A stretch of DNA of 62,974 nucleotides, filler included, from Octopus bimaculoides (Eukaryota), in the NCBI RefSeq assembly GCF_001194135.2. It is 12 parts of 11 records of this genome, joined end to end, with 100 filler letters (N's around TTAATTAATTAA, not from the genome) between each part and the next. Parts side by side here need not be neighbours in the genome. Positions count along the whole stretch, not along the records: positions 1 to 3,424 come from NC_069004.1; positions 3,525 to 16,943 come from NC_068983.1; 10 more parts are not named here. One strand, 5' to 3'. Made by a program: the position numbers and the translations under genes. The notes beneath the pieces are model-generated. The model saw only the letters and a list, made by a program, of their open reading frames with translations. It was not told the DNA's origin and made no database searches. Within the stretch, counting starts at the first letter, position 1, and each line of letters opens with the position of its first letter. Shown one piece after another: positions 1-11,510 of this stretch.

Positions 1-152
<152 letters not shown>

Positions 153-780
153 TGCCTAAACATAAGTGTGTGCGTGCAGTAACTCATTATATGTATATAG
201 GGATATGTGTATATGTACACATGTGTGTGTAAATTAATATATGATTCTTCGTATATATATATATGTATGTATGTCTATGAGTGTACATATGTGTATATAT
301 ATATCAATCTGCGCAGGCGCATGCGAAACGAACAACTTTTAATTAAAACATTAATTAAAAGTATTAATTAAAAGCATTACTTAAAAGTATTATTTTCGAA
401 CGCTGCTTAAACAGCAATGTAATTTCATGACTTCAGTTGTATGGAGTTTATGACGTTTATAATAATATTACCACGAGAACCAGAAATGAAATCAAAAGCG
501 TATGCCCGAAGCAGCTGTTTTCGCACGAATCGTTCACAAATGTTTTTAAACGAAAGAACATAAGGACAATCGTTTCTTTTTAAACTTTCATATCATATTT
601 TGTAAAAATATTGAAACAGTGGGTATTCGAAAGAAAGCCAAGCTACGTTTACCAGCTGATGAACGGAGACGAGTGGCTTCGAATTTTAATGTATGAAAGA
701 ACATTCAACATCTGTATTGAGCTTTTGACGAATCAACTTATACACACATACACACACACACACACATATATATAATAAAA

Positions 781-917
781 TACCTGTTTCCGAGGAAGAG
801 CTATGCTCGAAACGTACAACAACAACCCTCTTCTTTCTCCGAGCGTCATATTAATACATTGCTTGTACATACGTCTATACGTAGCCTGGATTTTATCTAC
901 TCCATTCCTTAAATTCA
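781..917 (+). mobile_element. Short Penelope-pLTR-like repeat copy 1, with hammerhead-like motif
   Basis: CCGAGGA-A-GAGC-TAT-GCTC-GAAAC-GTA at 790-816, followed by ccgagcgtcatattaatac. A similar downstream segment occurs in the copies at 5.9, 30.8, 33.4 and 58.7 kb. Confidence 0.6.
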
Positions 918-1632
918 NNNNNNNNNNNNNNNNNNNNNNNNNNNNNNNNNNNNNNNNNNNNNNNNNNNNNNNNNNNNNNNNNNNNNNNNNNNNNNNNNNN
1001 NNNNNNNNNNNNNNNNNNNNCATGTATGTACATTTACATACACTTATATATTTATACATATTTATACATATTTATCTATTCATTTATATACCTGATATCA
1101 AATAGATATTTAAGTGAAAATGCTTGTGCATTTTTGAATGGCTAATACATGTCTTCTACGCTGTAATTGTTATTCATTATCTTGGCAAATTAAGATTTGA
1201 CAGATTTACACCAGCGTTAAGTATAATAACGAATGTTAACTTGTAGATATTCACTGTAAGATAACAAATTCTCTGACGTTCGAATATCGCAATTAAAATG
1301 AAAGCGATCAAAAGCAGAATCTAACCACCATTTTGACATACCCAAAATAATAAATTTAACGCTATAACCTCCCGATATCCTTATATTAAATCAAATCTAG
1401 ATATATTTGAAGTATATTTTTACATGTAATAAACATCAAATAATAAATTCACATATAGAAGAATCTGATGGTCATATTGCATGGCTCTCCAATTTAGTTT
1501 CTTTAATTATAACATCGATGCTTTTATGAATACGCAATTGAGAATATTTATAATGGATCGAGGTAAATGAATGGTTAATCCTACGCTGTTTTTAATGACT
1601 GCATTACTCAATTTGTGTTATCCTTATTGCTG

Positions 1633-1664
<32 letters not shown>

Positions 1665-1884
1665 TAAAATCTAAACATCATACGGGAGAATGGAGAATTA
1701 TACATCTTCCAAATTTATTGATTACAGTATTATTCTCGTTAAATTCAAATCCGACACGTGTTTCTGCTGCATAAATTGTCATAATATTCTTTGATGTGTC
1801 GTTTATATGCATTTAGTTGATTCAGTTACAGTACATATTCATCCAGGGGAGATATTCCAATGCAGTTTTGCTCAAGGTTGTAAC

Positions 1885-1922
<38 letters not shown>

Positions 1923-2082
1923 TTCATGTGCGAGTGTATGTGTGTGTGTATATATTTGTGTATGTGCATGTGTATAAATATGGTTTTTGTCTGTGGGTTG
2001 GAAAGTAAAATTAAATGTTGCACTTCAAGCCAAATACAACGAATGAAAATTTTTCTCAAACTGCAATATCACTGGCCGTAGC

Positions 2083-2106
2083 TATTATTATTATTATTAT
2101 TATTAT

Positions 2107-2140
<34 letters not shown>

Positions 2141-2317
2141 GTTGCTGTTTTTCTTCTCCGTCTCCTTCTTCTCCGTCTTCTTCTTCTCCGTTTTCTTCTT
2201 CTTCTTCTTCTTCTTCTTCTTCTTCTTCTTTTTCTTCTTCTTCTTCTTCTTCTTCTTCTTCTTCTTCTCCGTCTTCTTCTTTTTCTTCTTCTTCTTCTTC
2301 TTCTTCTTCTTCTTCTT

Positions 2318-2404
<87 letters not shown>

Positions 2405-2533
2405 TAGCAGGCGCAGCAGTATTACGATCATCAATAACACCATCGTCGTCAACACGACCAAGAAATACTGTTCAAAACACCAATCATTATCATCATCATC
2501 ATCAGCTGCAGCAACATCGTTATCATTATTGTA

Positions 2534-2565
<32 letters not shown>

Positions 2566-2780
2566 TCATTCTCCTTCTCCTCATCCGCCTCACCATTATC
2601 ATCATCATCATCAACAACTGCAGCAGCAGCACCGTCATGGTGATCATCATCATCACCATCATCACCATCATCACCATCATCACCATCATCACCATCATCA
2701 TCATCATCATCATCATCCTCATCATTATCATCATCATCATCATCATCACCATCACCATCATCATCATCATCGTCGTCGTT
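2083..2780. repeat. Compound triplet microsatellite block (ATT)(GTT)(CTT)(ATT), then (CTC) and (CAT/CAC)
   Basis: Direct reading. It explains the poly-L/I/V/K/F/M ORFs in the track. Confidence 0.95.
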
Positions 2781-3424
2781 GTCGTTTCAATTCAGAATAC
2801 AGATATCTATCTGAGAGTGAGCGGGAATCTAATTATTATGTCCTTCCACCATTTGCGTATTCAGGACTGACGTAATCACATCCGTTCAGCAGACATTGAC
2901 ACTAACAGCAAAAAACGAAATTATTTGAATTTAACGAGATCAACAAAAGTTTTATACATAAATAAAGAATTCAAAATGAGATTTAGAAAAGAAGAACATC
3001 ATTTTTTTTTCGTTCCTAATTTTTAATAAGTATTTTTCTTTCATTATTTATTCATGTTTTTATCATAGTCTTCTTTGTCTTGTGTTATTTATATATTTTT
3101 TTTCTTTTTAATATGGCGTCTTTCTCTTCCAGTGTTGGATATCGCTATCCGTATTATCGCAGATTTTTGCGGCGGAAAATATTTGACTAACGTTAACAAA
3201 CAATTTGACAACAAAACTAATTAAAACACATGTTGCTCTTGTAATTTTAGAATCTCGTTATTTGTAATTTTATCGGAGGAAATTGCGTGTTAGCTAAAGT
3301 TAAAAATTCGCCATTGAACAAACATATCAGTTTTTGCTTGCAGCAGCACACGTATTGTTCGGATATATATAATCTCTATGTCTATTATATTTACGTATAC
3401 ATATATACATACATATATATATGT

Positions 3425-3524
3425 NNNNNNNNNNNNNNNNNNNNNNNNNNNNNNNNNNNNNNNNNNNNTTAATTAATTAANNNNNNNNNNNNNNNNNNNN
3501 NNNNNNNNNNNNNNNNNNNNNNNN
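3425..3524. other. Scaffolding linker 44N-TTAATTAATTAA-44N (first of 11)
   Basis: The identical 12-mer lies at 3469, 16988, 19843, 22448, 30724, 45967, 50020, 53550, 56486, 58353 and 60102, always between N runs; it places stop codons in all six frames. Confidence 0.95.
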
Positions 3525-4049
3525 TAGAGACACGCTTTCACAAAAGTTAAGGGATGCCTCACTCCTAGTGGTCTTTCTGCACGCCGGACACTAAGTTGGA
3601 ATTTCTGAGGGCCCGTGCTAGCAGAGATCGCATAGTACTTATTTTATTGGAGTGCCAGATAAATTTTTCCATCTTTTATTTTCATATATCTTAATTTTTA
3701 TTTTTCATCATTGAGTGAAAATGACGGTCGATATATCATGAAAGCATCCCATCTACTGGGACCGATTCCCAAGAGGACTAGTGTGGATTCTCGTGGATGA
3801 TCTCGTTCAGTCAGAAAGCTTCAACATGAGTGTAACATAGATAACCAAAGTAGTTTATCTTAAAACAAACAACAGGTATTTCTCCTGTCATTTTGAAGGA
3901 ACGAGAAATAACGAAATACCTGATGGACAAAAGAAATGGGATGCAGGTGAAAAAAAAATCTAGATGTGACAACCTATGTAAGCTCAGAGAAACTGGCTTG
4001 AAATTTTGAAACATGGTCAGCAGTTTCAGGGGCTGTGGGTCTGCTGATG

Positions 4050-4165
4050 ACATCAACTCCGATATTTGACTAGTACTTTATTTTGTCGATTCCGAAAAGA
4101 TGAAAAGCAAAGTCTTATTCGACGGAAACTGGAGCTCAGAAGGCAACGCCCGAAGAAAGACCGCT
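4050..4165 (-). mobile_element. Degraded SINE, family B fragment
   Basis: Reverse complement resembles the family B core (gagttcaaattccgccgaggtcgactttgcctttcatcctttcggggtcgataaa), which is better preserved at 14318-14540. Confidence 0.6.
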
Positions 4166-5460
4166 GAGCATTCCTTCCGGTGTGCCAACGATTCTGCCAG
4201 TTCGCCGCCCTATGCTAATTCGGAGGAATTAATTAGCAAAGATGTGACCCACTTCATAAGCAGATTTCTGAAAATATCATCACATTACTATTCATCAAAT
4301 AGGCATGAGGTAGTGGCCCAAATATTGAACAACAGAATCCAGACAAAGAATGGTCTTAAAAATCGAAATACGTTAAATTGCAGTGATAAAGAGGGTATAT
4401 TATCCCATTCTATGAAAGACTATTGGTAGAATGTTCTTATTACAGACTCTTTATAACGTTGGTACAACGCAGCAGACATAATGATTTAGGATAGAGAAAA
4501 ACTGTGTGCACAGTTTTCCAGCGGATTTTAGCATAGTGTCAAAGATAAACGGAAAAGAAAACTAATAATAAATCTTTAATTTGCACGGTGGACAGCGAGA
4601 ATCTGAAAGATGACTTTCATATTTATTCTTAATATATTTCGGCAGATTCGAACGTGAATATGCTAATCGCTCTTGCATTTCGTCATTGTAGAACAACTCC
4701 TTTCAAACGAATGTGTGTTCATATTACACTCGATTCATTAACATAAGGAAACTTTAGGAGACCTCGGTGTTTCGACATCAATGTGTCTACTCAGCCAAAG
4801 GTACTCCGGGCTAACGAATTTAACAAGAGTTTGTGGCTCTTCTTTAGCAAACAAATTATTTGCTGATGCACGCTGTTATCGGCCAAACGAATAATAAATC
4901 GTCATGTTCACGGTATACAGCCATAATCAGAGCGATTCTTAATATGTTCCGATAGATTCGAACGTGAACACGCTAATCGCTGTGTTTCGTCATTGGAGAA
5001 TAACTTCTCTTTCCAGAAGAATATGTGTTTATAATACACTCGATTCACAGTAAATACAATACCCAAGATATGACATCATATTTATATCCGTGATTCCTGT
5101 GTCACGTGGTTATTTAACTAACTGCTCAGCGTCAATCTTGAAAAGCTGGGCGCCACAAAACCAGAAAAGACGAAGCTACCTAAAAGACTACAGGCTAGTA
5201 ACAGAATTGTAACACTATGTAAAAGATAACAGGAATTTAGTTTACAGTAATCAACATATACACGTGTATATGTAGAGTAGACATACATACATGAAAACAT
5301 GTAGATTGATGCACTCATTGATTTGCATAGCATGTATGCCCATTTACACACGTATGTGCGGATATATACATAAATACTTGGCTGTGTGGTTGCTGTTGTC
5401 TCCATTTCAATGAAACCAGCACTCTCTCTGTTGGTGAGAAATTTCAGAAATAAACCTGGA

Positions 5461-5491
<31 letters not shown>

Positions 5492-5665
5492 TGTATGTAT
5501 GCATGCATGTATATGTATGTATAAATATACAAAGTATGCGGGTTTAGTTCGCAGGTAATCTAAACGATTAGGTATGCTAAGTAAGTGCTGTAACGGATTA
5601 CTGGGGCTCCAAGGTTATAGCCGAGACGGTAGTTATGGCGCCATTGCAGATTTCCGATGCAGCAG

Positions 5666-5837
5666 ATATATAATTGTTAAACAGGACAGCAAACATTAAG
5701 GCAAGGCAAACATCTCAAGTCATATGCAATATTATTATAGGAAGAAATTCCAAAATTTCTTCCTATAATAATATTGTATATGACTTGAGACGTTTGTCTT
5801 GCCTTAATGTTTGGTGTCCTGTTTAACAATTATATAT
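5666..5837. mobile_element. Palindromic MITE-like element (84-bp arms, 4-nt loop)
   Basis: 5666-5749 is the reverse complement of 5754-5837 with about 4 mismatches. Loop ccaa; TA-rich ends. Confidence 0.8.
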
Positions 5838-5844
5838 ATATTCG

Positions 5845-6050
5845 CCATGATAGATCGCTGGCCACTACACATTCTTTTTTTTTTTCCTTGTTTCTTTCTG
5901 TGTTCCTTTCTGTGGAAGAGTGTTAAACCTTAATCTAAACGTTAAAGACTTTTTCACTTCCCGAGCGTTATACTAATACACCTGTTTGTTGTCTACACCA
6001 CCTGTCTTCGTCTTTTGTTTTTGTTTTTTTTTGTGAATTCTCCCTGTATA
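5845..6050 (+). mobile_element. Short Penelope-pLTR-like repeat copy 2 (stem II disrupted)
   Basis: gccactacacattc...tgttcctttCTGTGGAAGAG...aaacgttaaagactttttcacttcccgagcgttatactaatac aligns with the reverse complement of 30780-30900. Confidence 0.7.
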
Positions 6051-6079
6051 TGTATATATATATGTGTGTGTATGTGTGT

Positions 6080-6122
<43 letters not shown>

Positions 6123-6580
6123 NNNNNNNNNNNNNNNNNNNNNNNNNNNNNNNNNNNNNNNNNNNNNNNNNNNNNNNNNNNNNNNNNNNNNNNNNNNNNN
6201 NNNNNNNNNNNNNNNNNNNNNNNNNNNNNNNNNNNNNNNNNNNNNNNNNNNNNNNNNNNNNNNNNNNNNNNNNNNNNNNNNNNNNNNNNNNNNNNNNNNN
6301 NNNNNNNNNNNNNNNNNNNNNNNNNNNNNNNNNNNNNNNNNNNNNNNNNNNNNNNNNNNNNNNNNNNNNNNNNNNNNNNNNNNNNNNNNNNNNNNNNNNN
6401 NNNNNNNNNNNNNNNNNNNNNNNNNNNNNNNNNNNNNNNNNNNNNNNNNNNNNNNNNNNNNNNNNNNNNNNNNNNNNNNNNNNNNNNNNNNNNNNNNNNN
6501 NNNNNNNNNNNNNNNNNNNNNNNNNNNNNNNNNNNNNNNNNNNNNNNNNNNNNNNNNNNNNNNNNNNNNNNNNNNNNNNN

Positions 6581-7787
6581 NATGTCTAATGGAATTAAAA
6601 ATTATTTTTATGCATTTGTGTACATTTAGACTAATTAAATATTATTTTACAGAATAATAGAATTAAAATTTCTTTGATTAAAACCCTTTCTAACATGAAA
6701 GTATCCAAAGAGCATTTGAGGCAGGTAATGCTTTATGAGTACAAAAATGGAAACTCTACAGCCGAAGCGACTCGAAACATTCACTCAGTTTATGAGAAAG
6801 AATGCTTGAATGAAAGAACTTGCAGAAGATGGTTTGCAAAATTCACGAGTGGAGATTTCAGCCTTGAAGATGAAGATCGAATAGGACGTCCAGTTGAGTT
6901 TGATGATAAGCTCCTTGAGGCATTACTTGAAGAAAATCCTGCATTATCAGTTGAAGAATTGGCAATAAAACTTAGTTCAAACATTACAACTGTTCATCGT
7001 CATCTTCAACAACTTGGAAAGGTTCTTAAACTTGTAAAATGGGTGCCTGATGAATTGTCCGAAAGCAACCGCAGATACCGAGTTGACATCTGCTTTTCTC
7101 TGCATTCTCGCGAACTTATTTCACCTTTTTTGGATAGACTTGTGACTGGTGACGGAAAATGGATCTTGTATCGAAATGTTAAACATCATAAACAGTTGCT
7201 TGGTAAAAGGGGAAAAGCTCAACCACAACCGAGAAGGGAACTTCATGGGAAAAAGGTTCTTCTCTCTATCTGGTGGGATTGCAAAGGAATAATTCACTTT
7301 GAATTGTTCCCGCCTAATGTAACAATCAATGCTCAAATCTACTATCAGAGCGTTTGAACCAAGCTTTGAAGAAAAAAAGACTCGCTTTAGTGAATAGAAA
7401 AGAAGTGATGTTTCATCAGGACAATGCGTGACCCCACATTGCAAAGATCACATCACAGAAGATCGAAGAGCTTGGTTGGGAAAAAATTCCACCTTATTCT
7501 CCCGACCTTGCTCCTTCAGACTACCATTTGTTTCGTAGTTTACAGAATCATCTGGGGGACATAACTTTCGCAAGCCAGGGGGAGGTTGAAACTGACATTT
7601 CAGAGTTCTTCGCTTTGAAACCAAAAGAGTTTTACATTGATGGGATTAAAAAGCTTGTAAATAGATGGAAGGAAGTCATAGATAATCAGGGAAAGTACTT
7701 TGGTGATTAAATTTCAATTAAATAAAACATTTGATCACTTGTTTTCTTTATTCAAAATTCAGACAGAACTTATGGGATGACCTGATA
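6581..7787 (+). mobile_element. Mariner (D,D34D) DNA transposon; left TIR presumably lost in the N gap
   Basis: Transposase remnant, plus a right end ...agacagaacttatgggatgacctga-TA with a mariner-style TIR and TA target. Confidence 0.93.
6695..7710 (+). pseudogene. Mariner transposase pseudogene
   Basis: N-terminal HTH; WVPDEL (WVPHEL motif); VTGDGKW; SIWWDCKG; HQDNA; YSPDLAPSDYHLF. Lesions: frameshift near 7345, in-frame TGA at 7429-7431, and a two-codon loss before PPYSPD (32 residues between the catalytic aspartates instead of 34). Confidence 0.95.
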
Positions 7788-7793
7788 TATATA

Positions 7794-9081
7794 CTGGGTG
7801 ATCAGATGAAATGTAGACATATATTTATTCAAATAACATCTCGATACAAAATGATATATTGAATTTAGATATGCTCAAATAAAACCCAGAAAATGTAAAT
7901 TAAGATGATATATTTAATTTTCGATATAACCACCCTTGGCGGAGTCTGGCAACAACTTGGGAGCAAGAGGCAGGGAACAGTTTCTTTGGAGATTTCATCC
8001 CAGTATTTTCGCAAATGGTGCTCAAGAGCTCTGAGACTCGTAGGAGAATTAGTACAGGCTTTACTCTCAAGATAGACCATATGCCAAAGTCCATCGGATT
8101 CAGGTCGAGTGAGGGGTGGGGTGCAAAACTCTTTCGACCAGAACGCCTTGAAACTCTCTTGACACTATTCTTTGAGTTTTTTAGCCGTATGCGATGTTGC
8201 GCCATTTTGTTGGAGAGTTATACCTTCTTCCCCCATTGTTACAATAACCCAAGGAACTACTTTATCCTTTAACATATCCAAATAAACATGTTAGTTGATT
8301 TTTACACCCTCTTCAATGAAAATTAGAAGGGTTTTCATGCCATTTGAGCTCACATCAAACCACACCATTATGGATGCAGGTTTCTGCCGCTGAAAGGATA
8401 ATCTTTGTTCGACAGAAATGTCCTCTTTATTTACTGCATATATACAATCATTTTGTGGATTGTGACACGCTTGCACACTAAATAACTTTTCATCTATGTA
8501 CAGTATAGGCGGTTGTGTGCCATCATTCGGCTTTTGCAGAAGAAACTTTGCTCTTTTCTTTTTCTTTGTGGTTTCACACAAAAGATGTGCTTTTGATACC
8601 TTGAATGGGAATAACTGAAGATCATGTTTCAATAAATTATCCAGAGTTCCATAGCTTGTGCCGGCTTTTGAAGCGAGTTTTCTGATGCTTGGGTTACGCC
8701 CGATCTTTTCTTTGGTGTTTTTTTATGAGGTTTTGAGTTCTGACTGCTCGATATGGAGTAGTTCTCACTTTTGGTAAGCAAGAACCGGTCTCTTTTATTC
8801 GTTTTCGTTTCATTACTTCATAGACTCCTGATCTGCTGACAGTGGTTTTCAAAATCTTGAAAATCTCGCTGGGAGTTTTCCCTTTCTTGAATAACCCTTC
8901 TATTCCTTTGCTTATTCCACTCATGCTAACTTAGATACTCGGTTCAAGTATATTAAATTTCAAGAATAAATTAGCTTCAATACTACCTTAAATGTTAAGA
9001 GTATTAAATTCCTGAAATAAGAAAAGAAATGTTAATTAAATGTAAGTAAAATAAATGTCCACACTTGGGTTGATCACCCGG
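7794..9081 (-). mobile_element. DD37D/maT-like Tc1-mariner transposon with degraded transposase (coding about 8924 to 7900)
   Basis: Imperfect TIRs: CTGGGTGATCA..AAATGTAGACATATATTT (7794) versus the reverse complement of the 9081 end, CCGGGTGATCA..AAGTGTGGACATTTATTT. Protein motifs IDEKLFSV, HNPQNDCIYA, PASIMVW, GVKIN, LDLNPMDFGIWSIL; several frameshifts. Confidence 0.9.
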
Positions 9082-9084
9082 TGT

Positions 9085-9113
9085 GTATGTGTGTATGTGT
9101 GTGTGTGTGTGTA

Positions 9114-9152
<39 letters not shown>

Positions 9153-9325
9153 ACGTGCATGCATAGAAATATACACATACATACGTAAATAGATGCATAC
9201 ACGCTCACATACATATGTACATATACAAATATATACATACATACACACATACATGCATACAAACATACATACACACATGTAGACTCACGCACAAACATGC
9301 ACACATACATACATACATACATACA

Positions 9326-9357
<32 letters not shown>

Positions 9358-9515
9358 CGCGTACCTGCGTATACGTACATTCACATAAGATTGTACATGC
9401 ATACAAAAAAAACCTGTGCTGTGGAGAAGAAGAAGAAGAAGAAGAAGAAGAAGAAGAAGAAGAAGAAGAAGAAGAAGAAGAAGAAGAAGAAGAAGAAGAA
9501 GAAGAAGAAGAAGAA
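9085..9515. repeat. (TG)n/(TACA)n and (GAA)n microsatellites
   Basis: Direct reading. Confidence 0.95.
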
Positions 9516-10467
9516 AGGAGGGGATGAAGAAGGGGAACGCCGGTGCAGTTTCTGAAGGAAGGTAAAAATCATGGAGAGGAAACAGTTTTCTTAATAAGTT
9601 TACTTAGTCTCAATTGTTATTTACGTAGCCTCGTTTATTTATATTTTCTCTTTTAACCAAAACTCTTGTGGCTTTTACTAAAAGCAACAAGCAATTAAAA
9701 CATCAGGAATTGGAATTGTTCTATTAACGGTGATAGCCTGTCCCAAAGCACATATTACTTCTTTCTCTATTGACACGTCCACGTAAATGTTTTCTTAACC
9801 AATCAACTGACACTTAACCACCGTCACCACCACTCCTTGACACTCCGTTATTTCTACCTCCCCTAATGATCACTGCGGACTTACCAGCCAGAGTAGAATT
9901 GGGGCTGTGTTTTTAATTTGTTTATTTTTAAATTAGCTCTTTTGGGGATCCCTCTATTGAAATCTGTTCTTCAAAGAACCGTAGTGTTTCAACGATCGTT
10001 CAGTTTATGTGTTTACTTCTAGGCAGACGATTCGAGACCGAATCGCTAGATAGCCGTGCAGATATTACAGTGAGATCACTGTCGTTTCACGCGATCGGCC
10101 GATCAACCGACCAGTCAGCATCAAACTATCATGTGACTTGACTTTATATAACTTTCTAATGAGCTCTATAAATATGTGGGGGTCTTGGTCGCAACTTCAG
10201 AATGTTGAGGCAGTTGCTCTAACGACTCCCTTCTCATTTTCCATTCATCAGCTGTGCAGATACAAGGTACAGATCTTGCCCTCATGAATATAGCGCGAGT
10301 ATTTTCCTAGTTATGATGGACTTCTTGAAGATTGATACGTGACCGTTATTTTGTCCAAGGTCTCTGTAGTGTGCATAGACTGTAGCGTACATAAACTTTC
10401 GCTTTTATTTTTCATCAACACAGAAAATATTATATGCAGTAAATAAAGCTACTGTTAATTATTCGTG

Positions 10468-10628
10468 AGTAGCTGTGTAGTAAGAAGCTTACTTCTCAAC
10501 CACATGGTTCCGAGTTCAGTCCCACTGTGTGGCACCTTGGACAAGTGTTTTTGTTTTCTACTATAGCCTCGGGCCGACCAAAGCCTTGTGAGTGGATTTG
10601 GTAGACGGAAACTAAAAGAAGCCCGTCG

Positions 10629-10671
<43 letters not shown>

Positions 10672-10890
10672 TTGTTGTTTGTGTCTGTATTTGTCCCCGC
10701 CACCGTCGCCTGACAGCCGATGTCGGTGTGTTTACGTCCCCATCACTTAGCGGTTCGGCAAAAAGAGACCGATAGAATAAGTACTTGGCTTACAAAGAAT
10801 AAGTCCTGGTGTAAATTTATTCGACTAAAGCTGGTGCTCCAGCATGGGCACAGTCAAATAACTGAAACGAGTAAAAGAATAAAAGGATAA
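10468..10890 (+). mobile_element. Full-length tRNA-derived SINE, family A (internal microsatellite)
   Basis: Head with A-box-like gctgtgtagtaag and B-box-like gagttcagtcc; internal (TA)(TG); tail ending cagtcaaataactgaaacgagtaaaagaataaaagga. More than 10 homologous pieces in the window. Confidence 0.9.
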
Positions 10891-11007
10891 TAGAATTGCT
10901 AATCTTTTTTCACGCAGCCCTGGAAAGACATTTTCATTCTCCAGCAACATCAACGAACAACCACAGCAAAACACACGACAATGGGATCACTTTGTTGGAG
11001 TGTGTAC

Positions 11008-11510
11008 TTAAAGGCAACCAAGGTATTTAAGGGATAGTTCCTTTTACATTTGTACTTCATGATGACCGGAGTTTTTAAGGGATGTTTCGGTTATAAGAGT
11101 TAATTTCAAGGAGTCACATTATTTAAGGCGCCTCTCCGTTAAGTTATTTCAAGGCAGCCAAAGTGTTTACGGGATCGCTCAGTTAAGAGATGTTTTGACT
11201 GTTTTGAAGTACTTACAGTACTTAACTGTACCAGATAAAGGTTGTGAAAACCCTATCAACCCCATTTTATTAGGTCATTTTTGCAACTGAAAATACCTTA
11301 ATCGTCTTCGCTCTTACAAAATCAAGGGTTAATAATGCATGCATACAGAATACGACATAAGACATTAACTCAACAAAAATTATTAAAAGAAACAGTTACG
11401 ATTACTTCAAAATAACCGTAGATTCTAAACAGCCAAAGTGTTCATGGGATCTTTCAGTTAAAAAATGTACTTCATGAAAGGCACAGAATTAAGGGATCTT
11501 CGTTTAACCC
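11008..11510. repeat. Degenerate minisatellite, about 47-bp unit, about 6 copies in two blocks
   Basis: Recurring ttcaaggcagccaaagtgtttacgggatc..cagttaag-like units at about 11008-11190 and 11422-11510. Confidence 0.6.

Noticed and set aside
655-695. CTGATGA followed by a possible GGAG/CTTC stem (canonical hammerhead start)
   Set aside because: Followed by GAAT rather than GAAA, with no helix III or helix I partner and no second copy.
2015-2870. Poly-L, K, F, M and I ORFs of up to 233 aa
   Set aside because: Translations of triplet microsatellites, with no domain content or splice context.
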